NCBI GenBank assembly: GCA_033722135.1
Contig: JAWVZO010000001.1
Span: 1-54,173, forward strand
DNA: 54,173 bases
From: Gammaproteobacteria bacterium
GTDB lineage: Bacteria > Pseudomonadota > Gammaproteobacteria > QNFN01
Reading direction: 5' to 3'
Shown here: piece by piece, positions 18,723 through 29,573 of the stretch
Layout: the number at the start of each line of letters is the position of its first letter
How positions within the stretch are numbered: position 1 is the stretch's first letter
The notes under the pieces: generated by a model
Databases searched by the model: none
What the model was told of the DNA's origin: nothing
Seen by the model: the letters and a program-made list of their open reading frames with translations, nothing else
Program-made: the position numbers and the translations under genes

Positions 18723-18865
18723 CTTGGGTTCGGTGGGCGTGGGGAATTCAGGGTGGGCCTCCAGGCGGAATACACGGCCTGGGGCGACGAGGATCGTCGT
18801 GATGAAGGGACGGGTAGTCAGGGTGCCGGCGCTGTTGCCGGCGTGGGCGCCGGTCGCGGCGCTCC
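18723..18865 (-). promoter_or_regulatory. Long C-rich, G-poor rho leader (possible autoregulatory attenuator region)
   Basis: The plus strand here is strongly G-rich, so the rho mRNA leader is C-rich (...CCCTTCATCACGACGATCCTCGTCGCCCCAGGCC...CCCACGCCCACCGAACCCAAGATG). No obvious Shine-Dalgarno sequence is present. Confidence 0.4.
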
Positions 18866-18871
18866 TTTATA
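18866..18871 (-). promoter_or_regulatory. Candidate rho -10 hexamer TATAAA
   Basis: The minus strand reads GGTATAAAGGAG, in the spacer between the trxA stop (18941) and rho. The -35 element is weak (TTCCGT, 16-nt spacer). Confidence 0.3.
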
Positions 18872-18940
18872 CCGATCGGAAGTTAGCACGGAACCCCGAC
18901 CGGGTCCATACCCGCCGGGACCGGCACCGTGGAACGGCGT

Positions 18941-19267
18941 TCAGAGGCTGCTGTCGATGAACGCGGTCAGCTGCGACTTGGAGACGGCGCCGACCTTGGT
19001 CGCCTCGACGTTGCCGTCCTTGAACAGCATCAGCGTGGGGATCCCGCGGATCCCGTAGCGCGGCGGGGTGTTGGGATTCTCGTCGATGTTGAGCTTGGCC
19101 ACCCGGAGGCGCTCGCCGTACTCCTCGGCGATCTCCTCGAGGATCGGTGCAATCATCTTGCACGGTCCGCACCACTCGGCCCAGAAGTCGACCAGCACCG
19201 GCTGCGCATGCTGGATGACATCGCTCTCGAAACTGTCGTCGGTGACGTGAACCAGACTGTCGCTCAC
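18941..19267 (-). CDS. trxA: Thioredoxin 1
   Basis: GTG start at 19267 behind a GGAGG Shine-Dalgarno sequence. The product [46 protein letters not shown]... carries the WCGPC motif and is 108 aa. Confidence 0.97.
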   Translation of the reverse strand: MSDSLVHVTDDSFESDVIQHAQPVLVDFWAEWCGPCKMIAPILEEIAEEYGERLRVAKLNIDENPNTPPRYGIRGIPTLMLFKDGNVEATKVGAVSKSQLTAFIDSSL

Positions 19268-19438
19268 CCGCTCGCCTCCATCGTTCCGGTCCCGGAAGCC
19301 CCGTCCAGGGACAGAATAGCCCCCAGCACCCTCGTCCCGAGGATACAGGAGGCCGTGACGAGCGACATTTGAGCCGAATCTGTGGCATATTTCAACCCCG
19401 CTCGCTACCGGCAAAAATGTCGCAAAGATCAGGCCAAA

Positions 19439-20686
19439 ATGGCGCAAACCGTACTTACAGAGACCACTTTCGAATCGCTCGACCTCCCGGAGACCCTCCT
19501 CAGGGGGATCCGGGAGGCCGGATTCACGCACTGCACGCCGATCCAGGAACTCGCCCTGCCCCCCGCGCTGCGCGGCGAGGACGTGGCGGGACAGGCCCAG
19601 ACCGGGACCGGAAAGTCGGCCGCTTTCCTGCTCGCCACCATGGCCCGCCTGCTGCGCAGGCCGGTGGCCGAGGAGCACGCCGGGCAACCGCGGGCGCTGA
19701 TTCTCGCCCCGACCCGCGAGTTGGCCATCCAGATCCACCGCGACGCCGAGGTGCTCGGCAAGTTCAGCGGCCTGCGCCTGGCCCTGGCCTACGGCGGCAC
19801 CGGCTACCACGAGCAGCGCGAGGCGATCGCGGCCGGTTGCGACATCCTCACCGGCACCCCGGGCCGGGTCATCGACTACTACAAGCAGGGCGTGTTCCAC
19901 CTCAAGGCGACCGAGGTGATCGTCCTCGACGAGGCGGACCGGATGTTCGATCTCGGCTTCATCAAGGACATCCGCTACGTGCTGCGCCGGCTTCCGCCGC
20001 CGTCGAAGCGGCTCAGCATGCTGTTCTCGGCGACCATGTCGGCACGCGTCAGCGAGCTGGCCTACGAGCACATGAACGAGCCCACACCCCTCGCGGTGGA
20101 GGCCGACAAGGTGACGGCCGACCGGGTCCGCCAGACCGTCTACCACACGGCGATGGAGGAGAAGCTGCCGCTGCTCCTCGGCCTGCTGCAGCACCAGGAT
20201 CCGCGCCGCAGCATCGTCTTCGTCAACACCAAGCGGATCGCCGACCGGCTGCAGGGCTACCTCGAGGGCAACGGCATCGAGTCGGCCGTGCTCTCGGGCG
20301 ACGTGCCGCAGACCAAGCGCCAGAAGCTCCTGCTCCGTTTCCAGCGCGGCGAACTGCCGGTGCTGGTCGCGACCGACGTCGCCGCGCGCGGCCTGCACAT
20401 CCCCGACGTCAGCCACGTCTTCAACTACGACCTGCCCCAGGACGCCGAGGACTACGTGCACCGGATCGGGCGTACCGCGCGCCTCGGCAAAGAGGGCGAC
20501 GCGATCAGCTTCGCCTGCGAGGAGTACGCCTACTCGCTGCCCGAAATCGAGCAGTTCATCGGACACAAGATCCCGGTCGAGCCGGTCGAGAGCGACATGC
20601 TCGTCACGCCCAAGCCGCCGGTGCGCCGACCCCGCCGGCGCAGCCAGGAGGGTCCGGGCGGACGCCGTCGTCGACGCAGGAACTGA
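19439..20686 (+). CDS. rhlB: ATP-dependent DEAD-box RNA helicase RhlB
   Basis: [60 protein letters not shown]..., plus the DEAD and SAT motifs and an Arg-rich tail. It is divergent from trxA-rho, as in E. coli. Confidence 0.92.
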   Translation: MAQTVLTETTFESLDLPETLLRGIREAGFTHCTPIQELALPPALRGEDVAGQAQTGTGKSAAFLLATMARLLRRPVAEEHAGQPRALILAPTRELAIQIHRDAEVLGKFSGLRLALAYGGTGYHEQREAIAAGCDILTGTPGRVIDYYKQGVFHLKATEVIVLDEADRMFDLGFIKDIRYVLRRLPPPSKRLSMLFSATMSARVSELAYEHMNEPTPLAVEADKVTADRVRQTVYHTAMEEKLPLLLGLLQHQDPRRSIVFVNTKRIADRLQGYLEGNGIESAVLSGDVPQTKRQKLLLRFQRGELPVLVATDVAARGLHIPDVSHVFNYDLPQDAEDYVHRIGRTARLGKEGDAISFACEEYAYSLPEIEQFIGHKIPVEPVESDMLVTPKPPVRRPRRRSQEGPGGRRRRRRN

Positions 20687-20724
20687 GCGCGCCTCCCGAG
20701 CCGTCCACGTGCGACCGTAGCCTG

Positions 20725-22293
20725 ATGCCCCAGCCGCCCCAGCTGCAGTTCCCCACGGTCAACGAATTCGAGAACCCGACCTTCGAACGCCGCGAGTCCA
20801 CGGTCCGCCGCTGGGCCGCCGACCTCCCGGTACTGAACCTCGTCAAGACCGTCCCCGAGCTCCGCGACCAGCTGCCCCTGCTGGTCAGCGAGCCCCTCGC
20901 GGCGGGCGAGAAACTCCGGCTCCTCGAGCACTTCCGCGGCCCGGTCAACAGCGTCGTCGCGGCGGCCGAGAACCGGCGCCTGCGCCAGATCCCGATCTCC
21001 TCCAGCGTGCGCAAGAGGATCAAGGACGACGTCCTCGCGCTCTGCTACGACATGGCCAACGGCTACAAGGCCGTCATGCAGGACCTGTTCGAGCGCGACC
21101 GGCGGCCGGACTCGGACAAGTCGCTGCACTTCTGCATCCAGCGTACGCTCGAGCAGCTGCGCAACGCGCTGATGCACTCGTTCCGCATCTACCGGGCCGT
21201 ACCGCCCAAGCACTACCAGCAGATGCACCAGCTGCACCTCTACGCCGACATGTGCGGCGTCGCCACCAAGCAGGTCGCCGACGACGACCACACCCCCGCG
21301 GAGGACCGCACCCCGCAGCTCGTCTACCTGCGCGCCATGCTGCTCGCCGTGGCCGATCCGTTCCGGCTCGTCGACGGCGCCATCGAGGAGCTCTACCAGT
21401 TCCTCGCGCGCCACGGCCAAAGTTGCCGCATCGTCGCCGGTATCGCCGGGGACGCCCACTCCGACGGGCTGTTCCTGTTGCGCACCGAGAGCGACCTCCC
21501 CCCCGCCCTGTTCGGCCGCGCCCAGCTCGACCGCGCCGGCGAGGCGCCCTACACCCTCGACGCGAGACCGCTGATGGAGCTGCTCAACCAGCCGGCGGGC
21601 TCGACCGACGAACCGCTCGAAACCTACGCGAAGTGGTTGTTGCCCCGTTTCAAGGTGGCCTGGGAGCGCAGCCAGCCGAGGCGCCAGGTCGACAAGAAGG
21701 CGCGCGTGGCCGGCGGACTCGAGGCGGCCGCCTACCTGCTCTCGCCCGCGGGACGCCAGTCGCTGGCCAGCACCGGCAGCGGCGACCGGTTCGGCATCGA
21801 GGTCCAGGAGATCGACGACGAGCAAGCGGTCGCTCACACCCTGGAGCGCTGGCAGGTGGTCAACGAGAGCCTCAATGGCTTCATGCTCCGCCACCCGGTG
21901 CAGACCGGCCTCGGCCTCCGCGTCGGCGATCTCGCGCTGATCATCGTCGAGCGCGAGGATCGCGTGCAGATGCAGCCGGTCATCACCGTGGTGCGCTGGT
22001 TCGGCGTCAAGGACCGCAACATGCAGTGCGGCGTGGAGATCCTTCCCGGGCACCCGGTCGCCGTCGCGCTCGAGTCCGTGCTGCCCAATCCCGAGGTCCC
22101 GTCCGGCCCGGGGCTCTACCTGCCCGGGATCAAGTCGATCCAGGTGCCGCCGTCGCTGGTGGCGCCCCACGGCATGCACAAGCCCCTGCGCAACCTGCGC
22201 GTGGACCTCGGCACCAAGAAACAGGTCGTCAGCTGCGGCGAAGTGCTGACCGCGACCGAGTACTTCACCCGTTTCCGCTTCGGACGCGCCTAG
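20725..22293 (+). CDS. Uncharacterised 522-aa protein with a C-terminal PilZ-like beta-barrel region (degenerate motifs)
   Basis: The composition looks like real coding sequence. N-x-S-x-x-G (NESLNG, nt 21862-21879) is followed by beta-rich sequence ([42 protein letters not shown]). A possible Arg motif ([10 protein letters not shown]) lies about 60 aa upstream, which is not the canonical spacing. Confidence 0.45.
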   Translation: MPQPPQLQFPTVNEFENPTFERRESTVRRWAADLPVLNLVKTVPELRDQLPLLVSEPLAAGEKLRLLEHFRGPVNSVVAAAENRRLRQIPISSSVRKRIKDDVLALCYDMANGYKAVMQDLFERDRRPDSDKSLHFCIQRTLEQLRNALMHSFRIYRAVPPKHYQQMHQLHLYADMCGVATKQVADDDHTPAEDRTPQLVYLRAMLLAVADPFRLVDGAIEELYQFLARHGQSCRIVAGIAGDAHSDGLFLLRTESDLPPALFGRAQLDRAGEAPYTLDARPLMELLNQPAGSTDEPLETYAKWLLPRFKVAWERSQPRRQVDKKARVAGGLEAAAYLLSPAGRQSLASTGSGDRFGIEVQEIDDEQAVAHTLERWQVVNESLNGFMLRHPVQTGLGLRVGDLALIIVEREDRVQMQPVITVVRWFGVKDRNMQCGVEILPGHPVAVALESVLPNPEVPSGPGLYLPGIKSIQVPPSLVAPHGMHKPLRNLRVDLGTKKQVVSCGEVLTATEYFTRFRFGRA

Positions 22294-22307
22294 CGGAGCC
22301 GTCGATC

Positions 22308-22685
22308 ATGACCGAACTCAACGTCGCCCTCGACAAGTGCAGCCGCTGCCACGGCCGGCTCTGCTGCAACTACATCACCCAGTGGATCCCGACGCCGCGC
22401 AGCAAGCGGGACTTCGAGTTCCTGCTCTGGCAGGTGGCCCACCGGGGGGTCCGCGCCTACCAGGACGACGACGGCTGGTACCTGCTGTTCGAGACCCGCT
22501 GCGGCCACCTTGGCGACGACGGCCTGTGCGCCATCTACGAACAGCGACCGTACATCTGCCGCGAGTACGACCACACGTTCTGCGAGTTCGACGAGCCCGC
22601 AGAGAAGCACTTCAAGCGCTACTTCCCGGATTACGACGCGCTGCTCGCCTACTGTCGCGAGCGCTTCAGGCGCTGGGACCGCTGA
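22308..22685 (+). CDS. YkgJ/UPF0153-family Cys-cluster (zinc/iron-chelating) protein
   Basis: 125 aa with CSRCHGRLCCNY and CGHLGDDGLCAIYEQRPYICREY. It starts 14 nt after the preceding gene. Confidence 0.75.
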   Translation: MTELNVALDKCSRCHGRLCCNYITQWIPTPRSKRDFEFLLWQVAHRGVRAYQDDDGWYLLFETRCGHLGDDGLCAIYEQRPYICREYDHTFCEFDEPAEKHFKRYFPDYDALLAYCRERFRRWDR

Positions 22686-23334
22686 GCGGGAGCAACTCGG
22701 CGAAACCGTCGATCGCGGGAAACTCGGTCACCTCGCGCGGCGGTCGCCGGCTGTCCGGGCGGCGCACCGCGAGCAGTTGGGCAATGCCGTGCCGGGCGGC
22801 GCTGCGCAGCACCGGCAGGCTGTCGTCGACCAGCAGCGTGGCCTCCGGGTCGAACGGCTCGCGCGCCTGCAGTCGCGACCAGAAGCCCGACTCCTCCTTC
22901 GGCAGGCCGAGATCGTGGGCGCAGACCACGCCGTCGAGGTGCCCGCCGAGGCGGGTGCGCCGCATCTTCAGCGCCAGGCTCTTGCCGTGCGCGTTGGTCA
23001 CCAGAACGGCCCGCCGCCCGGAACCGCGCACCGCGGCGAGGAACTCGACGACGTCGGGATGCACGGCGATGAGGTGCTCGACCTCCTGCTTGAGCCGCGC
23101 GATGTCGAGGCCGAGCTGCTCGCTCCAGTAGTCGACGCAGTACCACGCCATCGTCCCCTCGACCGCGCGGGTGCGCTCGTGGAGCAGCGCCCGCGCCTCG
23201 TCGAGGGGCAGCGCGTGCCGCTCGGCGTAGCGGCGCGGCACGTGCTCGAGCCAGAAGTGGTTGTCGTAGTGGAGGTCGAGCAGGGTGCCGTCCATGTCGA
23301 GCAGCACCGTGCGGACCGCCTGCCAGTCGACCAT
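22666..23334 (-). CDS. yrfG: HAD-family GMP/IMP nucleotidase
   Basis: MVDWQAVRTVLLDMDGTLLDLHYDNHFWLEHVP...WYCVDYWSEQLGLDI...LVTNAH...LLVDDS is closely collinear with E. coli YrfG. Confidence 0.88.
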   Translation of the reverse strand: MVDWQAVRTVLLDMDGTLLDLHYDNHFWLEHVPRRYAERHALPLDEARALLHERTRAVEGTMAWYCVDYWSEQLGLDIARLKQEVEHLIAVHPDVVEFLAAVRGSGRRAVLVTNAHGKSLALKMRRTRLGGHLDGVVCAHDLGLPKEESGFWSRLQAREPFDPEATLLVDDSLPVLRSAARHGIAQLLAVRRPDSRRPPREVTEFPAIDGFAELLPLSGPSA

Positions 23335-23367
23335 CGCGTCGCCCGTCCCGAGGCCAGCATCGGGGCC

Positions 23368-23373
23368 ATTCTA
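23368..23373 (-). promoter_or_regulatory. Candidate -10 hexamer TAGAAT (as TAGAATGGCC) for yrfG
   Basis: The minus strand reads GGGGTAGAATGGCCCC, with the hexamer ending 33 nt upstream of the ATG at 23334. Confidence 0.35.
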
Positions 23374-23449
23374 CCCCTCCGGGGCCGCCCGTCGGGGTCG
23401 CGCGCGGTGTGGCACAATGCCGCCGCACCGTCGCGCTACCGACCGAAAG

Positions 23450-23988
23450 ATGCCATCCCCACCCAAGATCCTCCGCCGGCGGACCGTCGCCACGTCCAGG
23501 CTGTTCCGCGTCGAGCAGCTCGACCTCCGCTTCGCCAACGGCAACGAGGTGACCTTCGAGCGCCTCGGCGGGACCACCGATGGAGCGGTCATCGTCGCCG
23601 CGGTCGACGCCGACGGGCAGGTGCTGTTGGTGCGCGAGTACGCCGCCGGCCTGGAACGCTACGAGCTGGGGCTCCCCAAGGGCCTGATCGAGGCGGGCGA
23701 GACGCCCGAGCGGGCCGCCCTGCGCGAACTGCGCGAGGAGACCGGCCACGGGGCGCGCCGTCTCGAGGCCCTGCAGATGCTGACCCTGGCCCCGGCGTAC
23801 ATGAAGCACGGCACGCGGCTGGTGCTCGCCATGGAGCTCTACCCGGACCCGCTCGACGGCGACGAGCCCGAGCCGCCGGAACTGGTACGCTGGCCGCTGG
23901 CCCGCCTTCCCGAGCTGGCCGAACGTCCCGACGTCACCGAGGCGCGGACGCTGGCCGCGCTCTTCCTGATCCGCGAGAAACTGAACGC

Positions 23989-23992
<4 letters not shown>
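23450..23992 (+). CDS. nudE: ADP compounds hydrolase NudE (Nudix)
   Basis: MPSPPKILRRRTVATSRLFRVEQLDLRFANGNEVTFERL...LVREYAAGLERYELGLPKGLIEAGETPERAALRELREETG...GDEPEPPELVRWPL matches E. coli NudE. Confidence 0.9.
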
Positions 23993-24831
<839 letters not shown>

Positions 24832-24862
24832 GATTGGAGGCATCCCCCGGCGGAGTGCGCGC

Positions 24863-25567
24863 ATGGAAGTGATCGACAGCGTCGCCCTGAGCCTCGGCGC
24901 GGCCTGGGCCAGCGGCATCAATCTCTACGCCGCGCTGTTCATGCTCGGCTTCATGCACGCCGGCGGCTACGTCGAACTGCCGCCCGACATGCAGGTCTTG
25001 GCCGACCCCCTGGTCCTGGCCGCGGCCGGCTTCATGTACTGCGTCGAGTTCTTCGCCGACAAGACCCCCGGCGTCGACAACCTGTGGGACGGCCTGCACA
25101 CCTTCGTGCGCATCCCGGCGGGCGCGCTGCTCGCCGCCGGGGCCGTGGCCGAGGTGGGGCCGGCCGCGGAACTGGCGGGCCTGCTGATCGGCGGAGGCCT
25201 CGCGGCCGGGGCGCACACGCTGAAGGCCGGCAGCCGGGTCATGATCAACACCTCGCCCGAACCCTTCTCGAACTGGGGGGCGTCGATCGGCGAGGACCTG
25301 GTGGTGATCGGTGGCCTCTGGGCGGCGCTGAACCACCCCTGGCTCTTCCTGGTCCTGTTGGTGCTGTTCCTCGGGCTGCTCGTCTGGCTGCTGCCCAAGC
25401 TGCTGCGCGCCATCGTCTCGCTCTTCTCCCGCCTGACCCGCTGGCTGCGCGGGGAACACCCCCCGCCGCCAGGCGAGCCGGAGCCCCCCGACGTGGCCGG
25501 GAGCCCGCGTGAGTCCGCAGGGCCGCCCGCCGAGGAGAAGCGGCTCCCCCCGCCCGACGGACGATGA
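24863..25567 (+). CDS. DUF4126-family membrane protein with a Pro-rich C-terminal tail
   Basis: [32 protein letters not shown]...[17 protein letters not shown].... The tail is [38 protein letters not shown]. Confidence 0.7.
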   Translation: MEVIDSVALSLGAAWASGINLYAALFMLGFMHAGGYVELPPDMQVLADPLVLAAAGFMYCVEFFADKTPGVDNLWDGLHTFVRIPAGALLAAGAVAEVGPAAELAGLLIGGGLAAGAHTLKAGSRVMINTSPEPFSNWGASIGEDLVVIGGLWAALNHPWLFLVLLVLFLGLLVWLLPKLLRAIVSLFSRLTRWLRGEHPPPPGEPEPPDVAGSPRESAGPPAEEKRLPPPDGR

Positions 25568-26337
25568 CCGCGTTCGCGGTCGTGGCGGACGGCGAGGCGC
25601 ATGAGCCCGCCGCCCGGGCGCTGGCCCTCGAGCTCGGCCTGCCCCTCGCCGACGGGGTCCTGGCGACCAACCTCCTGCTCCGTGTCGGGGCGGACGGCCT
25701 GAGCCTGGTCGCGGCCGACGGCGGTCCCGGGCTGCGCTGCGAGCTGGCCGGGGGGCGCACCGGGTACCGGAGGCGCCACGGCGGTGGCCGTTCTCAGGCC
25801 CTCGCCCGCGCGGTGGGCCTGCGCGCCGGCGCCCGCCCCCGGGTTCTCGACGCCACCGCGGGCCTCGGCCGCGACGGCTACGAGCTGGCCGGCCTCGGCT
25901 GCACGGTGACCCTGGTCGAGCGTTCCCCGGTGATCTTCGCCCTGCTGCGCGACGGCCTGGCGCGGGCGGCCCTGCACGACGGCCCGGCCTGCGCGCGCAT
26001 CGAGCTCGTGCGGGCCGATGCCGGGGCGCGGCTCGCGGCGATCGCACGCGGGCGATGCCTTCCGCGGCCCGACGTCGTCTACCTCGACCCGATGCATCCC
26101 GAAAGGACCAAGTCCGCGCTGGTGCGCAAGGAGATGCGCCTGCTCCGCGCCGCCGTCGGCGACGACCGCGACGCCGACGCCCTGCTCGCAGCGGCGCTGG
26201 CGGCGAGCGGCGGCCGGGTGGTGGTCAAACGCCCGCGCCGTGCCGGCCCCCTGGCCGACCGCGCGCCGGACTGGACGGTGGCCGGCCGGACCACCCGCTA
26301 CGACGTCTACCGCGGCCTCGCGGCAGACGCGGGCTGA
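25564..26337 (+). CDS. rsmJ: 16S rRNA (guanine1516-N2)-methyltransferase RsmJ
   Basis: ATGA overlap with the preceding gene. Motifs present: [54 protein letters not shown] and VVVKRP. Confidence 0.88.
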   Translation: MTAFAVVADGEAHEPAARALALELGLPLADGVLATNLLLRVGADGLSLVAADGGPGLRCELAGGRTGYRRRHGGGRSQALARAVGLRAGARPRVLDATAGLGRDGYELAGLGCTVTLVERSPVIFALLRDGLARAALHDGPACARIELVRADAGARLAAIARGRCLPRPDVVYLDPMHPERTKSALVRKEMRLLRAAVGDDRDADALLAAALAASGGRVVVKRPRRAGPLADRAPDWTVAGRTTRYDVYRGLAADAG

Positions 26338-26386
26338 ACGGAAGAATTCGCGCGGCCAGGAATCCCGACGGCTCCAGACGGCGCCG

Positions 26387-27214
26387 TCAACCGGGCCGCA
26401 GCACGCCCCGGCAGTCGACCTGCCAGCGCCCGCCCGGCGGGTCGAGCCGGACCGCGGTGAGCGTGCCACCCCACAGGCAGCCGGTGTCGAGGACCAGCAG
26501 GTCGTCGCGCTCGACGAGGCCCAGCGCCGACCAGTGGCCGCAGACCACGCGCGACCCCGCCGAGGCCCGGCCGGGCACGTCGAACCACGGCATGAAGCCG
26601 GGCGGCTGGCTTCCGGGCGGCCCCTTCGAGGCCAGGTTCATGCGCCCTTCGGCCGTGCAGAAACGCAGCCTGGTCAGGCAGTTGGTGATGAAACGCAGGC
26701 GCTCCCACCCGGTCAGGCCGGGATCCCAGCGATCCGGCGTGTCGCCGTACATGTGACCGAAGAAGGCGTCCCGGTCGCCGTCCCGGAGCACCTGCTCCAC
26801 CTCCGCGGCCCGCGCCCGTGCCTCGTCGAGCGACCACTGCGGCGGCAACCCGGCGTGCAGCAGGGTTACGCCGAGCCCGGCGTCGTGGTGCAGCAGAGGG
26901 CGCTCCGCCAGCCACTCGAGCAGCTCGTCGCGGTCGGGGGCGTCGAGCACCGCCTGCAACGTGTCCTTGCGCTTCAGCGGCGAGCGTGCCGCGGCCACCG
27001 CGAGCAGATGCAGGTCGTGGTTGCCGAGCACGGTCACGGCCCGCTCGCCGAGCTCGCGCACGAGGCGCAGCGTGGCGAGGGATTCGGGACCGCGGTTGAC
27101 CAGGTCGCCGGTGAACCAGAGGGTGTCCGCGGCGGGATCGAAACGGAGCGACTCGAGGAGCTCGAGCAGCTCCGCGCGGCACCCCTGGACGTCGCCGATG
27201 GCGTAGTGCGCCAT
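26387..27214 (-). CDS. apaH: Bis(5'-nucleosyl)-tetraphosphatase, symmetrical
   Basis: MAHYAIGDVQGCRAELLELLESLRFDPAADTLWFTGDLVNRGPESL...GNHDLHLL... Confidence 0.95.
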   Translation of the reverse strand: MAHYAIGDVQGCRAELLELLESLRFDPAADTLWFTGDLVNRGPESLATLRLVRELGERAVTVLGNHDLHLLAVAAARSPLKRKDTLQAVLDAPDRDELLEWLAERPLLHHDAGLGVTLLHAGLPPQWSLDEARARAAEVEQVLRDGDRDAFFGHMYGDTPDRWDPGLTGWERLRFITNCLTRLRFCTAEGRMNLASKGPPGSQPPGFMPWFDVPGRASAGSRVVCGHWSALGLVERDDLLVLDTGCLWGGTLTAVRLDPPGGRWQVDCRGVLRPG

Positions 27215-27223
27215 GCCCCGGTA

Positions 27224-28222
27224 TCAGGCCGCGAGGCGCCGGGCGTCGCGGATCGCCAGGCGCGCCGCGCCGAGCAGGCCGACCCGCGGCTCGTTGACGA
27301 CGGCCAGCGGCAGCCGCGCCACCAGGGCCGACATCGGCCCCTGGTCGCGGAACGCCTCCAGGAATCCGCCGTGCAGCGTCTCGACGATGCACGGCGCGAT
27401 GCCGCCGGCGATGAAGACCCCGCCGGTCGCCAGGCTGGTCAGGGCGAAATGGCCGGCGTGGGCTCCGTAGATGCGCGTGAACAGGGACAGGGTGCGCGAC
27501 GCGACCGGGTCGCTGCCGTTCAGCGCGCGGGTGGTGATCGCCTCGGCGGCGACGCCGGGTCCGGGCCAGCTCGTCGCCTCGCCGCCCGCCTCTCGGCTCT
27601 CGAGGAAACGGTAGATGCGCATCAGCCCCGGACCCGAGAGGACGTGCTCGCAGGAGACGCGGCCGAACTCGCCGCGCAGCCACTCCCACAGGTCGCGCTG
27701 CAGGTCGTCGAGCGGCGCGAAGGCGACGTGGCCCGCCTCGGAGGGCAAGCAGCGGAGCTGTTCGCCGCGTCCCACCAGGATGGCGTGGCCGAGCCCGCTG
27801 CCGGCGCCGACCACGGCCCGCGACCCACCCGCCTCGGGCTCCCCGGGCTGCAGCACCGTCAGGTGGCCGGCGTCGACCTCGTCGACCCCGTAGGCGGCGG
27901 CGACGAAGTCGTTGACCAGGCGGCAGCTGGCGACCCCGAGCCGCTCGGCGAGGGCCCGGCTGTCGAGGGTCCACGGCAGGTTGGTGACGTTGGCGACCTG
28001 GCGCCCCTCGCGGGTGGTCACCGGGCCGGCGACGGCGATGCAGGCGGCCTGCAGGCCGTGGATGTCGGCACGCTCGACGAAATGCTCCAGCAACGCCTCG
28101 AAGCTCTCGAAATCGGCGCTGGGGTAGCGCCGCTCGCAGGTCACGAGCGGCCACTCGCCGCCGATCTCGACCAGTTGCGCCAGGGTCTTGGTGCCCCCCA
28201 GGTCGACTGCCAGTACCTTCAT
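27224..28222 (-). CDS. glk: Glucokinase
   Basis: The ATG at 28222 gives MKVLAVDLGGTKT. Also present: VTNLPWTLD, LVNDFVAAAYG, GAGSGLG, PSEAGHVAFAP and RVSCEHVLSGPGL. The gene ends 9 nt upstream of apaH. Confidence 0.88.
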   Translation of the reverse strand: MKVLAVDLGGTKTLAQLVEIGGEWPLVTCERRYPSADFESFEALLEHFVERADIHGLQAACIAVAGPVTTREGRQVANVTNLPWTLDSRALAERLGVASCRLVNDFVAAAYGVDEVDAGHLTVLQPGEPEAGGSRAVVGAGSGLGHAILVGRGEQLRCLPSEAGHVAFAPLDDLQRDLWEWLRGEFGRVSCEHVLSGPGLMRIYRFLESREAGGEATSWPGPGVAAEAITTRALNGSDPVASRTLSLFTRIYGAHAGHFALTSLATGGVFIAGGIAPCIVETLHGGFLEAFRDQGPMSALVARLPLAVVNEPRVGLLGAARLAIRDARRLAA

Positions 28223-28346
28223 GCCCCCCCCGAGGCGCGTCCCGCGCCCTCGCCATGACGACCCGACCTGCCCGGCCGGACCCATGAGCATACCGCAACC
28301 GCCGTTCGGCAGGAGCCGCCGGTTCCACCGCCCGGGGACGGCGCGC

Positions 28347-28352
28347 TAGAAT
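28347..28352 (+). promoter_or_regulatory. Candidate -10 hexamer TAGAAT (as TAGAATGGCC) for dacC, with a possible -35 TTCCAC at 28323-28328
   Basis: GCGCTAGAATGGCCGGG, with the hexamer ending 65 nt upstream of the ATG at 28418. The spacer is 18 nt. Confidence 0.35.
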
Positions 28353-28417
28353 GGCCGGGCCCGCGGCGCCGCGCCCGCACGCGCGCCGCTCCACAGCCGC
28401 TTGTTCCAGGGATTCCG

Positions 28418-29563
28418 ATGGCCAACCCCCTCCGCGCCCTCGCGCTGACCGCGCTCGTTCTCTTCTCCGCGGCCCTCGCCGCCGCGCCGCTCCCCGTTCC
28501 GTCGCCCCCGCAGCCCGCGGCACGCAGCTGGCTCCTGCAGGACATGCACAGCGGCCGCGTGCTCGCCGAGCACGGCATCGACGACCCGGTCGAACCGGCG
28601 AGCATCACCAAGATCATGACCGTCTACGCGGTGCTCCACGAGATCCGCGCCGGCAACCTGACGCTCGACGAGCAGGTCACGGTCAGCGAGAAGGCGTGGC
28701 GTATGGAGGGCTCGCGGATGTTCATCGAGGTCGGCACCCAGGTCGACGTCGAGGCCCTGCTCAAGGGCGTGATCATCCAGTCCGGCAACGACGCCAGCGT
28801 CGCGCTGGCCGAGCACGTCGCCGGCGACGAGGCGACCTTCGCCGCGTTGATGAACCGCCACGCCGCGCGCCTCGGCATGAGCGGCACGCACTTCGTCAAC
28901 AGCACCGGTCTGCCGCACCCGGAGCACCTCACCACGGCGCGCGACATCGCCACCGTCAGCCGGGCGCTGATCGCCGAGTTCCCCGAGTACTACGGCTGGT
29001 TCGCCGACCGCGAGATGACCTACAACGGCATCAAGCAGCACAACCGCAACCGCCTGCTCTGGCGCGACCCGTCCGTGGACGGCATCAAGACCGGCCACAC
29101 CGAGTCGGCCGGTTACTGCCTCGCCTCGTCGGCCGAGCGCGACGGCATGCGCCTGATCGCGGTGGTCCTCGGCGCCGACAGCGAGCAGGCGCGCGCCGGG
29201 CAGAGCCTGAGCCTCCTCAACTACGGCTTCCGCTTCTTCGAGACCCACCGCCTCTACCAGGCCGGCGAGACGGTGACCGAGGTGCGCACCTGGATGGGCG
29301 CCGCGCAGAGCGTGCCCGTCGGCCCGGCCTCCGGTGACCTGTGGATCACCGTGCCGCGCGGCCGCTACGACCAGCTCCAGCCGAGCATGGAGGTCGAGCG
29401 CCAGGTCCGCGCCCCGGTCCGGCAGGGCCAGACGCTGGGCACCCTGTCGGTGCGCCTCGGCGACGAGGTCGTCGCACGCACCCCGCTGGTCGCCCTGCGC
29501 GACGTCCCGGAGGGCGACCTGTGGCAGCGCCTGAGCGACACCGTGCGCCTCTGGTTCGAGTGA
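28418..29563 (+). CDS. dacC: D-alanyl-D-alanine carboxypeptidase (PBP5/6, peptidase S11)
   Basis: Signal peptide MANPLRALALTALVLFSAALAAAP, plus SITKIMT (SxxK), SGND and KTGHT motifs. The symbol is assigned from the family and from synteny with ybeD-lipB. Confidence 0.9.
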   Translation: MANPLRALALTALVLFSAALAAAPLPVPSPPQPAARSWLLQDMHSGRVLAEHGIDDPVEPASITKIMTVYAVLHEIRAGNLTLDEQVTVSEKAWRMEGSRMFIEVGTQVDVEALLKGVIIQSGNDASVALAEHVAGDEATFAALMNRHAARLGMSGTHFVNSTGLPHPEHLTTARDIATVSRALIAEFPEYYGWFADREMTYNGIKQHNRNRLLWRDPSVDGIKTGHTESAGYCLASSAERDGMRLIAVVLGADSEQARAGQSLSLLNYGFRFFETHRLYQAGETVTEVRTWMGAAQSVPVGPASGDLWITVPRGRYDQLQPSMEVERQVRAPVRQGQTLGTLSVRLGDEVVARTPLVALRDVPEGDLWQRLSDTVRLWFE

Positions 29564-29573
29564 ACGCGCCGCG

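Noticed and set aside
21676-21705. [10 protein letters not shown] as a canonical PilZ RxxxR c-di-GMP switch.
   Set aside because: Its sequence and its roughly 60-residue distance from the NxSxxG element do not fit the canonical motif. The PilZ assignment is therefore kept at low confidence rather than asserted.
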